From positions 1-64,000 of IMG/VR virus record IMGVR_UViG_3300045997_000112: 64,000 nt of DNA. One strand, written 5' to 3'. The notes below the pieces were generated by a model. The model searched no databases, was not told where the DNA came from, and saw only the letters and a list, made by a program, of their open reading frames with translations. Source of the stretch: a virus. The first letter of the stretch is position 1, and every line of letters begins with the position of its first letter. Shown here piece after piece: positions 35,830-45,248 of this stretch. The position numbers and the translations under genes are program-made.

Positions 35830-36563
35830 CAGCCGTGACGCTTCATGTACGCGGCGGCAGCCTCGACATCCTCGATGTTCGGGATGAAGAGACGGGGCTC
35901 GCCCTTCGCAGCGAGCTCCTCCACGGCCTTGCGACCGTCGGCCGCGCTCAGGCCCCAGTCCTCCTCAAGGTCACGATCCTTGACCCGGGAGACGTGGTAC
36001 TGGGTGGTCTGCTTCTTGCCCGTGCGGTGCGCGGAGAAGAAGTTGCCGTCCAGCGGGCCACCCTTGCGGGGCTCGGCGTTCATGTCCTTGAGGGTGTTCT
36101 TGAGCTTGGTGCCGACCTCCCAGACGCGGGTGTCGTAGTCCACCTGCTCCTCCTTGATGGTGAACTCCACCACCCAGAAGGCGAACTTGGCGGCCGGGGA
36201 GTCGCCGATCTCGCAGAGCGCGCAGTCCCCATCCTCATCGGCACAGCGGAACGAGCGACGCCCATCCTTGGTGTCGACCCAGTGGACGAGGTACGAGTCG
36301 AACGGGGCCCCCTGCACGAAGCAGATGAGCGCCGGGTCCTCGGTCGGGGTGAAGAAGTCGCCCAGCGACTTGACCTTCTTCTGGACCTCATCGGCCGCGT
36401 CCCATCCAGCACGGGCCTTCACCGGGATCCGGGTCGACTCGAAGGACTCCTCCTCGAACACCTCCGACTCCTCGGCGCCCTCAGGGGCGAAGTCGGGGGC
36501 CGGGCGACCCTTGGGGGTGTAGTCATCCGCCGTTGGGGTGGCGGTCTTGCGGGCAATAGGCAT
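35829..36563 (-). CDS. gp32-like single-stranded DNA-binding protein
   Basis: HWV...SF.C...C.LC motif, RTGK...T.Y; position next to polA. Confidence 0.7.
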   Translation of the reverse strand: MPIARKTATPTADDYTPKGRPAPDFAPEGAEESEVFEEESFESTRIPVKARAGWDAADEVQKKVKSLGDFFTPTEDPALICFVQGAPFDSYLVHWVDTKDGRRSFRCADEDGDCALCEIGDSPAAKFAFWVVEFTIKEEQVDYDTRVWEVGTKLKNTLKDMNAEPRKGGPLDGNFFSAHRTGKKQTTQYHVSRVKDRDLEEDWGLSAADGRKAVEELAAKGEPRLFIPNIEDVEAAAAYMKRHG

Positions 36564-36581
36564 TGCCGGTTCTCCTCAGTT

Positions 36582-37097
36582 TCAGTGGGTTGTCAGTTTC
36601 TTCACTTCAGCGAGCCACTCGTCCCGGATGCGCTCCCACTCCTTGCGGATGAGGTCGGGCAGTTCGGGGAAGTGTGCCCAGTCGATGCGGTCGTCGTGCA
36701 GTTGGCCGCGCTCGTTGAGCAGTTTGAGGAAGGCCAGGATGGTCTCCTCGTTGTAGTAGTTCCGGACGGTGTTCTCGAACCGGAACCTGAACGGGGGCTT
36801 GGGGACGAACCCCTTCTGCTCCCAGAACTTGAGCGTCGGCCCCGACTTGCCGAGGATCTTGGCGAAGACGTTGGGCCGGTAGAACATGAAGACGTGGTCC
36901 GGGACCACCTCGATGGCGGTGGGCTTGCCCCAGTTCGCCTTGTTGAAGATGGGGTCGCTGGCCGGGCGGACCTTGAACTTGTCCACGTCCGGGGCGTCGT
37001 TCCCCCATCGGATGCGCTTGGTGGATCCGGGATAGGTCCGGATGACCTCCGGCTCCTCCTCGCTTCCCCCGAACATGGAGTCGATGACGTCAGGCAC
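36582..37097 (-). CDS. MerR-like HTH DNA-binding protein
   Basis: FAKILGKSGPTLKFWEQKG.VP...R.YY. Confidence 0.75.
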   Translation of the reverse strand: MPDVIDSMFGGSEEEPEVIRTYPGSTKRIRWGNDAPDVDKFKVRPASDPIFNKANWGKPTAIEVVPDHVFMFYRPNVFAKILGKSGPTLKFWEQKGFVPKPPFRFRFENTVRNYYNEETILAFLKLLNERGQLHDDRIDWAHFPELPDLIRKEWERIRDEWLAEVKKLTTH

Positions 37098-37527
37098 GCT
37101 TGACCACCACTGCGAACGTCTCCTTCTGCGGGTACATCTCGTTGAGCAGGACCTCAGGGAGCTGCTCGCTGTAGACCGCGTTCATGATGGCCTCCTCGTT
37201 GGGTACCCGAGTGACCTCGGTGCAGGAGTCGGTCAAGCCGTGCTCCTCCAGAATGGCGAGGATCCGCTCATTGTTGGGCACGATGCTGACTCGGCGCTGG
37301 TACTGCACGGCACCGTAGCCCATGACCGGCTCGTCGAGCCTGAGGGTCCGGTGCCCGTCGGCGTCGGGCTCGATCTGGGTGAGGATCGAAACCAGCTTGG
37401 GGCGAACATCTGCCTGCTCCGTCTTGGCCTCATCGGCCTTCACCTTCGCCATGATGTGGCGAACGATGACCATGCGCTCGTCAATGTTCACCCCACCCTG
37501 CTCGGGGGGCTTGATCCGAACCGCCAT
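37090..37527 (-). CDS. hypothetical protein
   Basis: GGAGG RBS, own upstream AT-rich region. Confidence 0.75.
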   Translation of the reverse strand: MAVRIKPPEQGGVNIDERMVIVRHIMAKVKADEAKTEQADVRPKLVSILTQIEPDADGHRTLRLDEPVMGYGAVQYQRRVSIVPNNERILAILEEHGLTDSCTEVTRVPNEEAIMNAVYSEQLPEVLLNEMYPQKETFAVVVKRA

Positions 37528-37579
37528 CGATCCTCCAATGTGTGGGTATATCCAAACCTAGTACCTCATAGGAGGCGGG

Positions 37580-39184
37580 TCAACTATCTGAGAGCAGGAA
37601 GTTTCTTAGCCCCTCCACCGTGTTCTCGATGTTGCCAGAGGGGTCCGACACCACCCCGTCCACGATGCCGCCAGAGACGCTCATCTTGAAGCCCAGCATG
37701 TCCCACTGGCGCACCTCGACCGACTTCTCCATGAGCAGCCGCTCGATCCGCACCTGCTTGTGCCCGGAGGAAGCCCTAATGATCCGGCTGTTCCGTTGGA
37801 GTGCGGTGCCTGCACTCCAAGGCAGGTTGTAGTTGACCAGGATGCTGGCCTGGGGCAGGTCCACCCCGTAGCCCCCGGCGTCACTGGACAGGAACACCCG
37901 GATGTCCTTGTCGTTCTGGAACTGGAGCTTGGCCTGGTGCTTGGCCGTGGCGCTCATCCCACCGTGGAATTGAACCACTCCAATCTTGGCCTTCTCCATG
38001 GCCTCCACGACGTAGGGGAACAGCCGGGTGAAGGTGGCGAACACCACGATCTTCACGTCCGGGTCCGCCTCCACCGCATCCTTGACGTACTCCATCAGCG
38101 ACTCGAGCTTGGGCGACTTCTGGTGGGCCATCAGCGAGACCGTGGGATCCCGGAGGAGCTCCCAGCAGTACCCGGATCCGGTGCCGTTGTCCGCCTCGAA
38201 CTCCAGGGCCGAGTCCATCAACAGCTGCGGGTGGTCGCACAACATTCGGAGCGCGGAGTAGGTGGACATGATCCGGCCCCGGATCTCGCTGGCCACGGCG
38301 TCGTGCTGCTGCACATCGGACTGGCCGTAGTGGAAGGCCGCGTTCCAGGTGAAGCTCGAGCCGAAGAGCTCCTGCGCCTCATCCAGGGCCAGCCTGCAGT
38401 CCTGGGAGATCCGGGCGTACATGCGCTTGGTATAGCGGTCCATCGAGACCAGCCGGGGTGCCATGTCCAGGACCTCGGGCAGGTAGTCCTTCACGTCCGG
38501 GTCCATCTGGCGCTTACGAGCAACGTGCGGCTGCAGCTTCTTGTGGAGCTCGGGCATGTTCCGGTACTTGGTCACCCACCCGTTGGGGTGCCGGGAGATG
38601 TACCGCTTGTCGAAGGTCCAGAACGAACCCAGGACCTTGGGATCCACGAACTCCATCAGGGAGAAGATCTCCTCGGCCTTGCCGTTGGTGATCGGCGTGC
38701 CCGTGAGCCCCACTCGGACGGGAATGTTGCGGGAAAGGTGCTTGATCGCCTTCGAGCGCTTGGCCCGGAAGGACTTGATCGCCGTCATCTCGTCGAGCAC
38801 GATCGCGCCCCAACAATGGGTCTCGTACCACGAGTAGTCCCGAACGATGAGGTCGTACGTGGTGATCACGTAGTCGGGCTGCTCCCCGGTGACGAACGCC
38901 ATCTCGTAGTTCGAGTAGAGCTCCTCACGCTTGGCCGGGGGCCCGTCGATCACCAGCGGAACCGAGTCCGGGGCCCACTTGCGGATCTCGTCCTGCCACT
39001 GGAACTTGAGGCTGGACAGCACCACCACCAGAACCGGGTGTCCGATGGTCCCGGCCGTCATCAGGTTCTCCATGGCCGTGATGGTGATCGGCGTCTTGCC
39101 CAGCCCCATCTCGTAGGCGATGAGAGCCCGATGGTTGTACGAGACCATGTCCACGGCCGCCTGCTGATACGGATACAGGCTCAC
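37580..39184 (-). CDS. SNF2-family helicase
   Basis: EMGLGKT, LDEMT.IK, LTGTP, AGGYGVDL, PWS, QRNSR..R. Confidence 0.93.
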   Translation of the reverse strand: MSLYPYQQAAVDMVSYNHRALIAYEMGLGKTPITITAMENLMTAGTIGHPVLVVVLSSLKFQWQDEIRKWAPDSVPLVIDGPPAKREELYSNYEMAFVTGEQPDYVITTYDLIVRDYSWYETHCWGAIVLDEMTAIKSFRAKRSKAIKHLSRNIPVRVGLTGTPITNGKAEEIFSLMEFVDPKVLGSFWTFDKRYISRHPNGWVTKYRNMPELHKKLQPHVARKRQMDPDVKDYLPEVLDMAPRLVSMDRYTKRMYARISQDCRLALDEAQELFGSSFTWNAAFHYGQSDVQQHDAVASEIRGRIMSTYSALRMLCDHPQLLMDSALEFEADNGTGSGYCWELLRDPTVSLMAHQKSPKLESLMEYVKDAVEADPDVKIVVFATFTRLFPYVVEAMEKAKIGVVQFHGGMSATAKHQAKLQFQNDKDIRVFLSSDAGGYGVDLPQASILVNYNLPWSAGTALQRNSRIIRASSGHKQVRIERLLMEKSVEVRQWDMLGFKMSVSGGIVDGVVSDPSGNIENTVEGLRNFLLSDS

Positions 39185-39588
39185 GCTGACCTCCTCCGAA
39201 CATTGGCGCCCGGCCTCAGGTGAGCCACCTCAGACCAATCAACACTGGGGACCTCGTCCGGCACCGCAGCGAGCTGCTGCTCCGGGGTCTCCGCCTTCTT
39301 GTAGGAGCGTCGGTTGCGCCCTGCCGCCCGGTTGTCGGACAGGAAGGCGCGGTACGCGTCCTCACACTCGTGGCACCGGCACCCATGCAGTCGCCACCCC
39401 TGGATCCCGTGGGTGAAGTTCTCCACCTTGTACTCGCCGTCGCGGATCGCCTGCTCCCGCTCCCGGTTGCGGCGATTGATCTCGTCCCCGGCCGCACAGC
39501 ACTCAGGGCACCTGCAGTGCCAGCGCTTGTACCCCGAGTTGCCCGGCTTGGTCTTGTGCCGGATCACGCCATCCCATTCGCGGTTCAT
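39181..39588 (-). CDS. protein with two CRCxxC zinc repeats
   Basis: GY...CRCPEC and HG..GW...CRCHEC. Confidence 0.75.
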   Translation of the reverse strand: MNREWDGVIRHKTKPGNSGYKRWHCRCPECCAAGDEINRRNREREQAIRDGEYKVENFTHGIQGWRLHGCRCHECEDAYRAFLSDNRAAGRNRRSYKKAETPEQQLAAVPDEVPSVDWSEVAHLRPGANVRRRSA

Positions 39589-39803
39589 GGCGCGGGCTCC
39601 ACGAGGCGCACGATCAGGTACCAGTCGTACTGGTAGTCGAAGCCGACAGGGCCCTGCGGCACCCACTTGTCGACGCTGAGGACACGGTTGGCCATCTCCT
39701 GCACGGTCTCGTCGGGGGACACCTCCACGGCACGCACCACATCCTGTGCGTGGTCCCCCATGTTCACGCCGACCTTGGTCAGCATCACGCTTACGTTCTT
39801 CAC
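39585..39803 (-). CDS. hypothetical protein
   Basis: GTGA/ATGA coupling. Confidence 0.6.
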   Translation of the reverse strand: MKNVSVMLTKVGVNMGDHAQDVVRAVEVSPDETVQEMANRVLSVDKWVPQGPVGFDYQYDWYLIVRLVEPAP

Positions 39804-40708
39804 CTGAATCTCCTCATGCGCTCTGCCAAACGGCTGGGCGCGTTCTCCGTCAGTTCTCGCATCTTCGCCCGGGCGTCTCCCGGATCCTTGATTCCGTCCG
39901 GCCACACGATAGAACGGTGGTCCGACACGACTGTGAGCAGTGCCTGCTCGACCTCCTTGGTCACCTCCCTCCCGGCGTCATCATTGTCGAACGCCAGGAC
40001 CAGGTGGTTCATCCTCTTGAGCTCCTGCATCTGGTACTCGGTGACGTTGGCCCCGTAGGTGGCCACCGCCTGCAGCCCGTGGGTGAAGCAGACCGCCACG
40101 TCCAGCGGGGACTCCACCACCAGCGTTGGGGCGTCCGAGTTGTGCTCGTACTCCGTGTTCAAGCCGAACAGGGAGAGCCCCTTCTTGATTCCCACCGGGG
40201 CGTTGCGGACGTACTTGCCGTCCTTGATCTGGATGCCCATCAGGATGCCGGAGGTGATGTGCCGAACGGGCAGGATCCAGGCGCCGCCGCTCGAGCGGAT
40301 CTCCAGCATCTCAGCCACGATCTTCGAGATCCCTCGGGACTCCAGCATCTCAACATTGGGACGCTGGAATGAGTCCAGATCAGCCTCGTCCATCACGGTG
40401 GGGACGTACAGCTCCCGGATGGGTACCCGCTCCAGTCGTCGTCGGAGCGCGGAGATCTGCTCATCCGGCTCGATCTCCTCGTCGATCTCGAGGTCCTCGC
40501 CCTTGAGGTCTCGCCACAGCAGGTAGGCGTTGGCCCGGTACCCGCAGGAGAAGCAGAAGCACAGCCCGCTCTCGACATTGAAGTAGAACGAGGGCTTGTG
40601 GTCCGGCTTGCCGGTGCGGGCCTCGTGGACCGGACAGAGCAGCCTGGCCTCGTCGCCGGACAGCTCGTAGTCATCGCCGACGAGACGGCGGAGGATCGGT
40701 TCGTACAT
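39800..40708 (-). CDS. dnaG: DNA primase (CHC2 zinc finger plus TOPRIM)
   Basis: CPVH...PSF...CFSCG, VVESPLD, FDNDDAG, KDPGD. Confidence 0.92.
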   Translation of the reverse strand: MYEPILRRLVGDDYELSGDEARLLCPVHEARTGKPDHKPSFYFNVESGLCFCFSCGYRANAYLLWRDLKGEDLEIDEEIEPDEQISALRRRLERVPIRELYVPTVMDEADLDSFQRPNVEMLESRGISKIVAEMLEIRSSGGAWILPVRHITSGILMGIQIKDGKYVRNAPVGIKKGLSLFGLNTEYEHNSDAPTLVVESPLDVAVCFTHGLQAVATYGANVTEYQMQELKRMNHLVLAFDNDDAGREVTKEVEQALLTVVSDHRSIVWPDGIKDPGDARAKMRELTENAPSRLAERMRRFR

Positions 40709-41955
40709 CAGGGCTGACCATAGACGTACGTCGGGGCGGAGGCCGAAACTTCCTCGAAGGTGCCGGTGGACCAGTCCCAATCGAGGTCGACCTCCGCTGG
40801 TCCACAGTTGCGGCTCGCCACAATCTTGAGCAGCCGGTACGCCTCATCCTCCTGGTCGCCACGCTCGAGACCGAAGATGACGTCCGAGTCCTGGTAGAAC
40901 GAGGACGAGTAGCCGATCGAGTTGGCGTCCAGCTTGTTCTTCTTCATCTTCCACGTCAGCGTCTGCGTGGTGATCACGATGGGGATGTTGAGGCGCTGGG
41001 CCAGCCGCTTGAGTGCCCGGGTGATGTTGGTCAGGGCCTGAGCGGTGTTGGACTCGCCGGTCACCTCGTCCACCATCAGGTAGACGCCGTCGATGAACAG
41101 CACGTCGGGCTTGTAGGACATGACCTGCGCGCCGATGGCGGACACCGTCTGGCCCTGCGTCGAGTCCATCAGGATGAATGGGTGAGCGCCCTTGAGGCTC
41201 TCGAGCCCCTTCTCGTACTTCTTCTCCTCGGACGCCACGAGGTCACCGTTGAGCAGGCGTCCGTGACTGAGCCCGAACTTCATCGCGTCGTAGCGCTTCT
41301 GCTGCTCCTCGTTGCTCATCTCGAAGGAGATGAAGGCGGGGGTGTACCCGGCCTCGTGCACGGTGGTGGCCATCCGGAGGGCCAGCTGGGACTTGCCGGT
41401 CTTGGGCGCGGCAATGATGGTGACCAACTGCTGGGGCTGGAGCCCCAACGTTGCCTTGTCGATGGTGGGGAACCCGGTGGAGATGCCGAGGAGCCCGCCC
41501 GGCCGGTTCTTCCGGGCCGTGTAGTCGTGGTACCGCTGCACCGGGTCATCGGTCAGGTTGACGATGCCGGTGTCGGTCATCGCGCCCTCGATCTCGGCGA
41601 TCGTCTTCATCGCCACCGCGAGGATGTCGTCGGCCGACCCGCGCTTCTCCAGCAGGGCCACCTGCCGCTCCACCATCTGGAACACGAGGTGGTGCCGGTG
41701 GTCGGCAAGGCTGGCATCGACAACCGCGTCGAGCCCGTCCTCAACCTTGACCAGCCGCAAGCTGGGGAACTCCCGCTTGATCATGGCGCCCGTGGGCACC
41801 TCGCTGTACTTGGCGTTGTGGCGACAGATGAAGTCGAAGGCGTCCCGGTAGTCCGGGCTCTTGAAGGTGTCCTTGGTGACGCCCCGGCGCAGGGGCGTGT
41901 CCACATCCCGCTCGAGAGCGATCCTGCTGATGAGCCGTGCATCTTGATCCGACAT
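40708..41955 (-). CDS. dnaB: DnaB-like replicative helicase
   Basis: ISTGF..ID, AAPKTGKS, SFEMS, FIDGVYLM, LK.LA, QDSD, SRN. Confidence 0.93.
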   Translation of the reverse strand: MSDQDARLISRIALERDVDTPLRRGVTKDTFKSPDYRDAFDFICRHNAKYSEVPTGAMIKREFPSLRLVKVEDGLDAVVDASLADHRHHLVFQMVERQVALLEKRGSADDILAVAMKTIAEIEGAMTDTGIVNLTDDPVQRYHDYTARKNRPGGLLGISTGFPTIDKATLGLQPQQLVTIIAAPKTGKSQLALRMATTVHEAGYTPAFISFEMSNEEQQKRYDAMKFGLSHGRLLNGDLVASEEKKYEKGLESLKGAHPFILMDSTQGQTVSAIGAQVMSYKPDVLFIDGVYLMVDEVTGESNTAQALTNITRALKRLAQRLNIPIVITTQTLTWKMKKNKLDANSIGYSSSFYQDSDVIFGLERGDQEDEAYRLLKIVASRNCGPAEVDLDWDWSTGTFEEVSASAPTYVYGQP

Positions 41956-41966
41956 TGATCCAACTC

Positions 41967-42350
41967 CTAGACGTTGAGCGACCGGGCCCCGAACGCTAAC
42001 GGACGGCGGCGGTCGATGATGTGCCGCACGTCGCTCTGCATGGCCACGTAGTGCATGGCCTGGGTCAGGTCCGCGAACACCAACCACTCATTGAACGGGT
42101 GGCTGTAGTGGTCGATGAACTTGATGACCTCCTCTGGGGTTACCGGGTCGTCCTCGTAGCCGAAGAGGACCATCTTCAAGCCTCGATCCCGCAGGTCGTT
42201 CACCAGGGCGATGTCCACGTCGTGGAGCATCATCTGGTGGCCAACCTTGGGGAAGAACCTGCCGGTGACGGCGGGCATCGCATCCACCACGGTGCTGGAG
42301 TGAACCAGGCACCGTGGTGGAGCGGTGTCGTCGAGGTCGTTGTGCAGCAT
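41967..42350 (-). CDS. hypothetical protein
   Basis: TGATG coupling. Confidence 0.7.
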   Translation of the reverse strand: MLHNDLDDTAPPRCLVHSSTVVDAMPAVTGRFFPKVGHQMMLHDVDIALVNDLRDRGLKMVLFGYEDDPVTPEEVIKFIDHYSHPFNEWLVFADLTQAMHYVAMQSDVRHIIDRRRPLAFGARSLNV

Positions 42351-42934
42351 CAGTTGACGAAGATCGGGGCAATGCCCAGACCAAGGTCGATCCCATCCCA
42401 CATCGAGTAGTTGCTCGGGGTGGCATACAGGACCGTGATGTTCCGGTGAGCACGCTTGGACCGAGAGTCGATGAGTGCCCGCTGGGACGTGTAGTACATC
42501 CGGTCAGCGGGATCCCGAACCTCGGTGACCAGCACGCGAGCGGACTCCAACCACCGACGGACCTCCCGGTCATCCCGGTTGTCCCGACGATGAGCCGTCA
42601 CCTGATTGGGATCGGTCCACGCGAGGTACTCCTCGAAGCCGTACCGGGCGTAGACGCCCTCCTGCCGGACGAGGTCCAGAACGAGGGCGGCCGCGTACTC
42701 GTCCGCGTGGTCGCCCACGAGGAAGATGCTCTCGGTGAGGGACTGCGCGTTGGTGAGGACCCAGTCGTAGAGCTCGTCGGTCAGGTACTCAGAGCTGACC
42801 CACCGGCCCTTGTCCTTCCGGAGCAGGGTTGCGTTTCGGAGAGCGACCGGGATCTCCCAGTACCCCTGCCGACGGGCACCGGCCCAGTCCGACTCGGTAC
42901 GGGCGAGCATGTCGCCGCGTGTCATGGTGCTCAT
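42350..42934 (-). CDS. degenerate DnaC/helicase-loader-like protein
   Basis: Position between initiator-like gene and DnaB; SIFLVG, VLVTEV, LIDSR spacing without intact Walker motifs. Confidence 0.45.
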   Translation of the reverse strand: MSTMTRGDMLARTESDWAGARRQGYWEIPVALRNATLLRKDKGRWVSSEYLTDELYDWVLTNAQSLTESIFLVGDHADEYAAALVLDLVRQEGVYARYGFEEYLAWTDPNQVTAHRRDNRDDREVRRWLESARVLVTEVRDPADRMYYTSQRALIDSRSKRAHRNITVLYATPSNYSMWDGIDLGLGIAPIFVN

Positions 42935-43557
42935 GCTCCCTCCTCAATCCGCTGTCGTGTTCGATCTACGAGCAACTTTAGGGTAGCGATTGAGTTCTGT
43001 CCATGATTGGCCAAGTACAACTCTTCGTCTTCCAGAGCGACATCCAACCGGGTCTGGTACTCCTCCAACCTCAAACGGAGATCCTCCACGGATGGACCCT
43101 GGTTGGGGACAGGCTTCTCGGAACTCACCGAAGCGACATGCTGCTTCTCCTGCTGACGGACGTAGTCGTTCTCATCCTTGGGCCGAGTGTCCCGAACCTT
43201 CCAGAGCCACTTCTTCCACGCGGGGTACTCCCGCTTGCCGCGATCCAAGTGCTGAGCGTAGAAATCGTCGATCGCCCGCACCATGTGCTGGACGGTGACG
43301 CCCTCATTCCTCAGCTTGCCGAGGATCTTCACCAGCGTGACGTAGTTTCCCAGTTCATCCGGGCTGTGCTGCGGGTACTTGTTCCGATACCGCTCGCGGA
43401 ACTCGTCCACCGCGTCCTTGACCGACCACTCTGACACAGGAAGGTCCTTCCGCCGAATGGACCTGAGACGTTTCCCGGCCGCCGCATCCCTGTCTCTGGC
43501 ATAGCGCGGATCGTCCTTGAACACGTCGTAGGGCACTTCCCCTCCATCTCCTGACAC
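42931..43557 (-). CDS. putative replication-initiator-like protein
   Basis: First gene of replication block; function inferred from position only. Confidence 0.5.
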   Translation of the reverse strand: MSGDGGEVPYDVFKDDPRYARDRDAAAGKRLRSIRRKDLPVSEWSVKDAVDEFRERYRNKYPQHSPDELGNYVTLVKILGKLRNEGVTVQHMVRAIDDFYAQHLDRGKREYPAWKKWLWKVRDTRPKDENDYVRQQEKQHVASVSSEKPVPNQGPSVEDLRLRLEEYQTRLDVALEDEELYLANHGQNSIATLKLLVDRTRQRIEEGA

Positions 43558-43573
43558 CTCTGGCCAAACACCG

Positions 43574-43821
43574 GGGGTGAGCTTCGCTCACCCCGCTTCG
43601 CCTACCCGCTCCCGAAGGATCCGACCAAGTTCACCACCCCCGTAACCGAAGGGCCCTCCGCCGCAGGCGGGGGCAGGTTTTCTTGGCGGGAGAGGACATA
43701 GCTCTCCTGCCGCGAGGTGGTGAACTGAATCAGCGCCGTGCCAGCGTCCCGGGTTAGTTGACTCGCAGCGCCTTAGCTGGCCCAGGGGGAACACGGAGGC
43801 ATCCTTCAGAACCGGGTAGGC
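43574..43821 (-). ncRNA. putative multibranched structured RNA/leader
   Basis: Nested long-range pairings (see findings). Confidence 0.5.
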
Positions 43822-44141
43822 CCCCCATCCCTCGCAGCGGGCTTCGCGCTGTAGCCCGCCTTCGTGGGAAGCAAGTCTCGATCCCCCACCTGTACGGGGT
43901 ATCCCGCGTCCAGAAGGATGGTGACGATCTTCCGGGCATGCAGAACCGAGAGACTCACCTTGGCCTGCTTCAGCAGGTACTTGACCTGCGGAGTGGGGGC
44001 GGGTGCGCGGACCACCCATGTGTGCTCTTTCTTGTCCCACCAGCAGCCGTGCTGCTTCAACAGGGTGTTCACGTTCGGGTCGTAGGGGAAGTCCACCACC
44101 ACTCGACCCATGTCATCCCGAAGGATTCGTACTTGAGTCAT
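43806..44141 (-). CDS. HARP/DUF5710-like small protein
   Basis: VDFPYD...LK..G.WWD....W.V. Confidence 0.65.
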   Translation of the reverse strand: MTQVRILRDDMGRVVVDFPYDPNVNTLLKQHGCWWDKKEHTWVVRAPAPTPQVKYLLKQAKVSLSVLHARKIVTILLDAGYPVQVGDRDLLPTKAGYSAKPAARDGGPTRF

Positions 44142-44174
44142 GTACTATTGCTCCATTCAATCTTCGCGGATTGA

Positions 44175-44224
44175 GAAGAGGGACCCCGTCGGCGTGATGA
44201 CCCGACAGAGTGGGGTCCCTCTTC
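44175..44224. terminator. inverted-repeat hairpin
   Basis: GAAGAGGGACCCC / GGGGTCCCTCTTC arms with inner GTCGG/CCGAC. Confidence 0.65.
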
Positions 44225-44246
44225 ATTTGTGCGGGTGAGACTACAC

Positions 44247-44522
44247 CTACTGGTCGTCCCGATCGAAGACGTGCCAGACCAGTGCGCCGCCGAAGGCGAT
44301 CACGGTGCCCAGGAACGTCCCCAGAGGGCCGTCCGGGATGGGGTTGCCCGTCCCGAAGATGCTGATGTGACGGGTCTCGAGCTCGGGCTCATTGGTCTCG
44401 CAGCCGAACCAGAGGCAGATGGCCTCCCGCTGCTCGCCGACGGAGAGGATCACCGAGCCCTTGGGGATGGTGATCCACTGGTCGTCCACCACGTTCAGCA
44501 CGATCTTGTGGATAGTCCTCAC
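44247..44522 (-). CDS. hypothetical protein
   Basis: TIHK...ILSV..Q...LW...GTG...FLGTV...LVWHVF. Confidence 0.75.
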   Translation of the reverse strand: MRTIHKIVLNVVDDQWITIPKGSVILSVGEQREAICLWFGCETNEPELETRHISIFGTGNPIPDGPLGTFLGTVIAFGGALVWHVFDRDDQ

Positions 44523-44731
44523 TGCTGCTCCCCCATGACCTTGCGGACGACCCGCTCGATGTCGGCGTCAGAAGGCATGGGCCCCACGATCCCTACAGGT
44601 CCGGGAGGGCCCTGTGCCCCCGTGGCGCCCGCCTGCCCGATGAGCCCGACAGGTCCGGTCTTGCCCTTCCAGATCACGTACCCGCTCAGGACGATCAGCC
44701 AGAGCAACATCAGGGCTACCAGCGCGTCCAC
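44519..44731 (-). CDS. membrane-anchored collagen-like microprotein
   Basis: N-terminal TM then ten G-X-Y triplets. Confidence 0.7.
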   Translation of the reverse strand: MDALVALMLLWLIVLSGYVIWKGKTGPVGLIGQAGATGAQGPPGPVGIVGPMPSDADIERVVRKVMGEQQ

Positions 44732-44982
44732 TAGAACCACACCCATTCCATCTTGACCCAGTTGAACCGCTCTGGCTGGAGCATGGCGTAGGTGGCCCAT
44801 GCGCTCGCCTTCCCAGCGAGGTCGGACAGCAGGTGCGCCTGATCCTCTCCGTCGTTGGCGTACCACTCCTCGCTGGTGATGAACCACTGGCGCGACCACT
44901 CCGGCTCCGGGGAACCGGGAACCACGCCGACCATCACGTCCACTCCGCAGCGCGCTGTTGCCTCCGTCACTTGCCGCACCAC
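44731..44982 (-). CDS. hypothetical protein
   Basis: overlap coupling. Confidence 0.6.
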   Translation of the reverse strand: MVRQVTEATARCGVDVMVGVVPGSPEPEWSRQWFITSEEWYANDGEDQAHLLSDLAGKASAWATYAMLQPERFNWVKMEWVWF

Positions 44983-45248
44983 CCGTCAGCGGAGGCGTCC
45001 CACTCCGGGACGCGCTGGAGGGCTGCCTGGGAGGCGTCGCGGGTCGTGGCCGCGAACCCGGCCCCGTGGACGCAGATCGCCACGATGTTGGGGAACTGGT
45101 CGACGTTGACGAACAACTCGACCTTCTCCGGGTCCTGCACCGGCACGCCCTCAAGGTCGCGCACGGTCTGGTTGCTGCACCCGGTGAGCTGAACCGTGAG
45201 GAGCAGCCCGGCGACGGCGGCGATGCCAATGCGATCTCGACGCCTCAC
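44967..45248 (-). CDS. small lipoprotein
   Basis: basic N-terminus, hydrophobic stretch, LTGC lipobox. Confidence 0.8.
   Translation of the reverse strand: MRRRDRIGIAAVAGLLLTVQLTGCSNQTVRDLEGVPVQDPEKVELFVNVDQFPNIVAICVHGAGFAATTRDASQAALQRVPEWDASADGWCGK

Noticed and set aside
43588-44040. 150-aa minus-strand ORF over the structured region
   Set aside because: Overlaps the better-supported 43806-44141 gene, has poor codon bias, and its Gly/Pro/Arg-rich composition is explained by the hairpins
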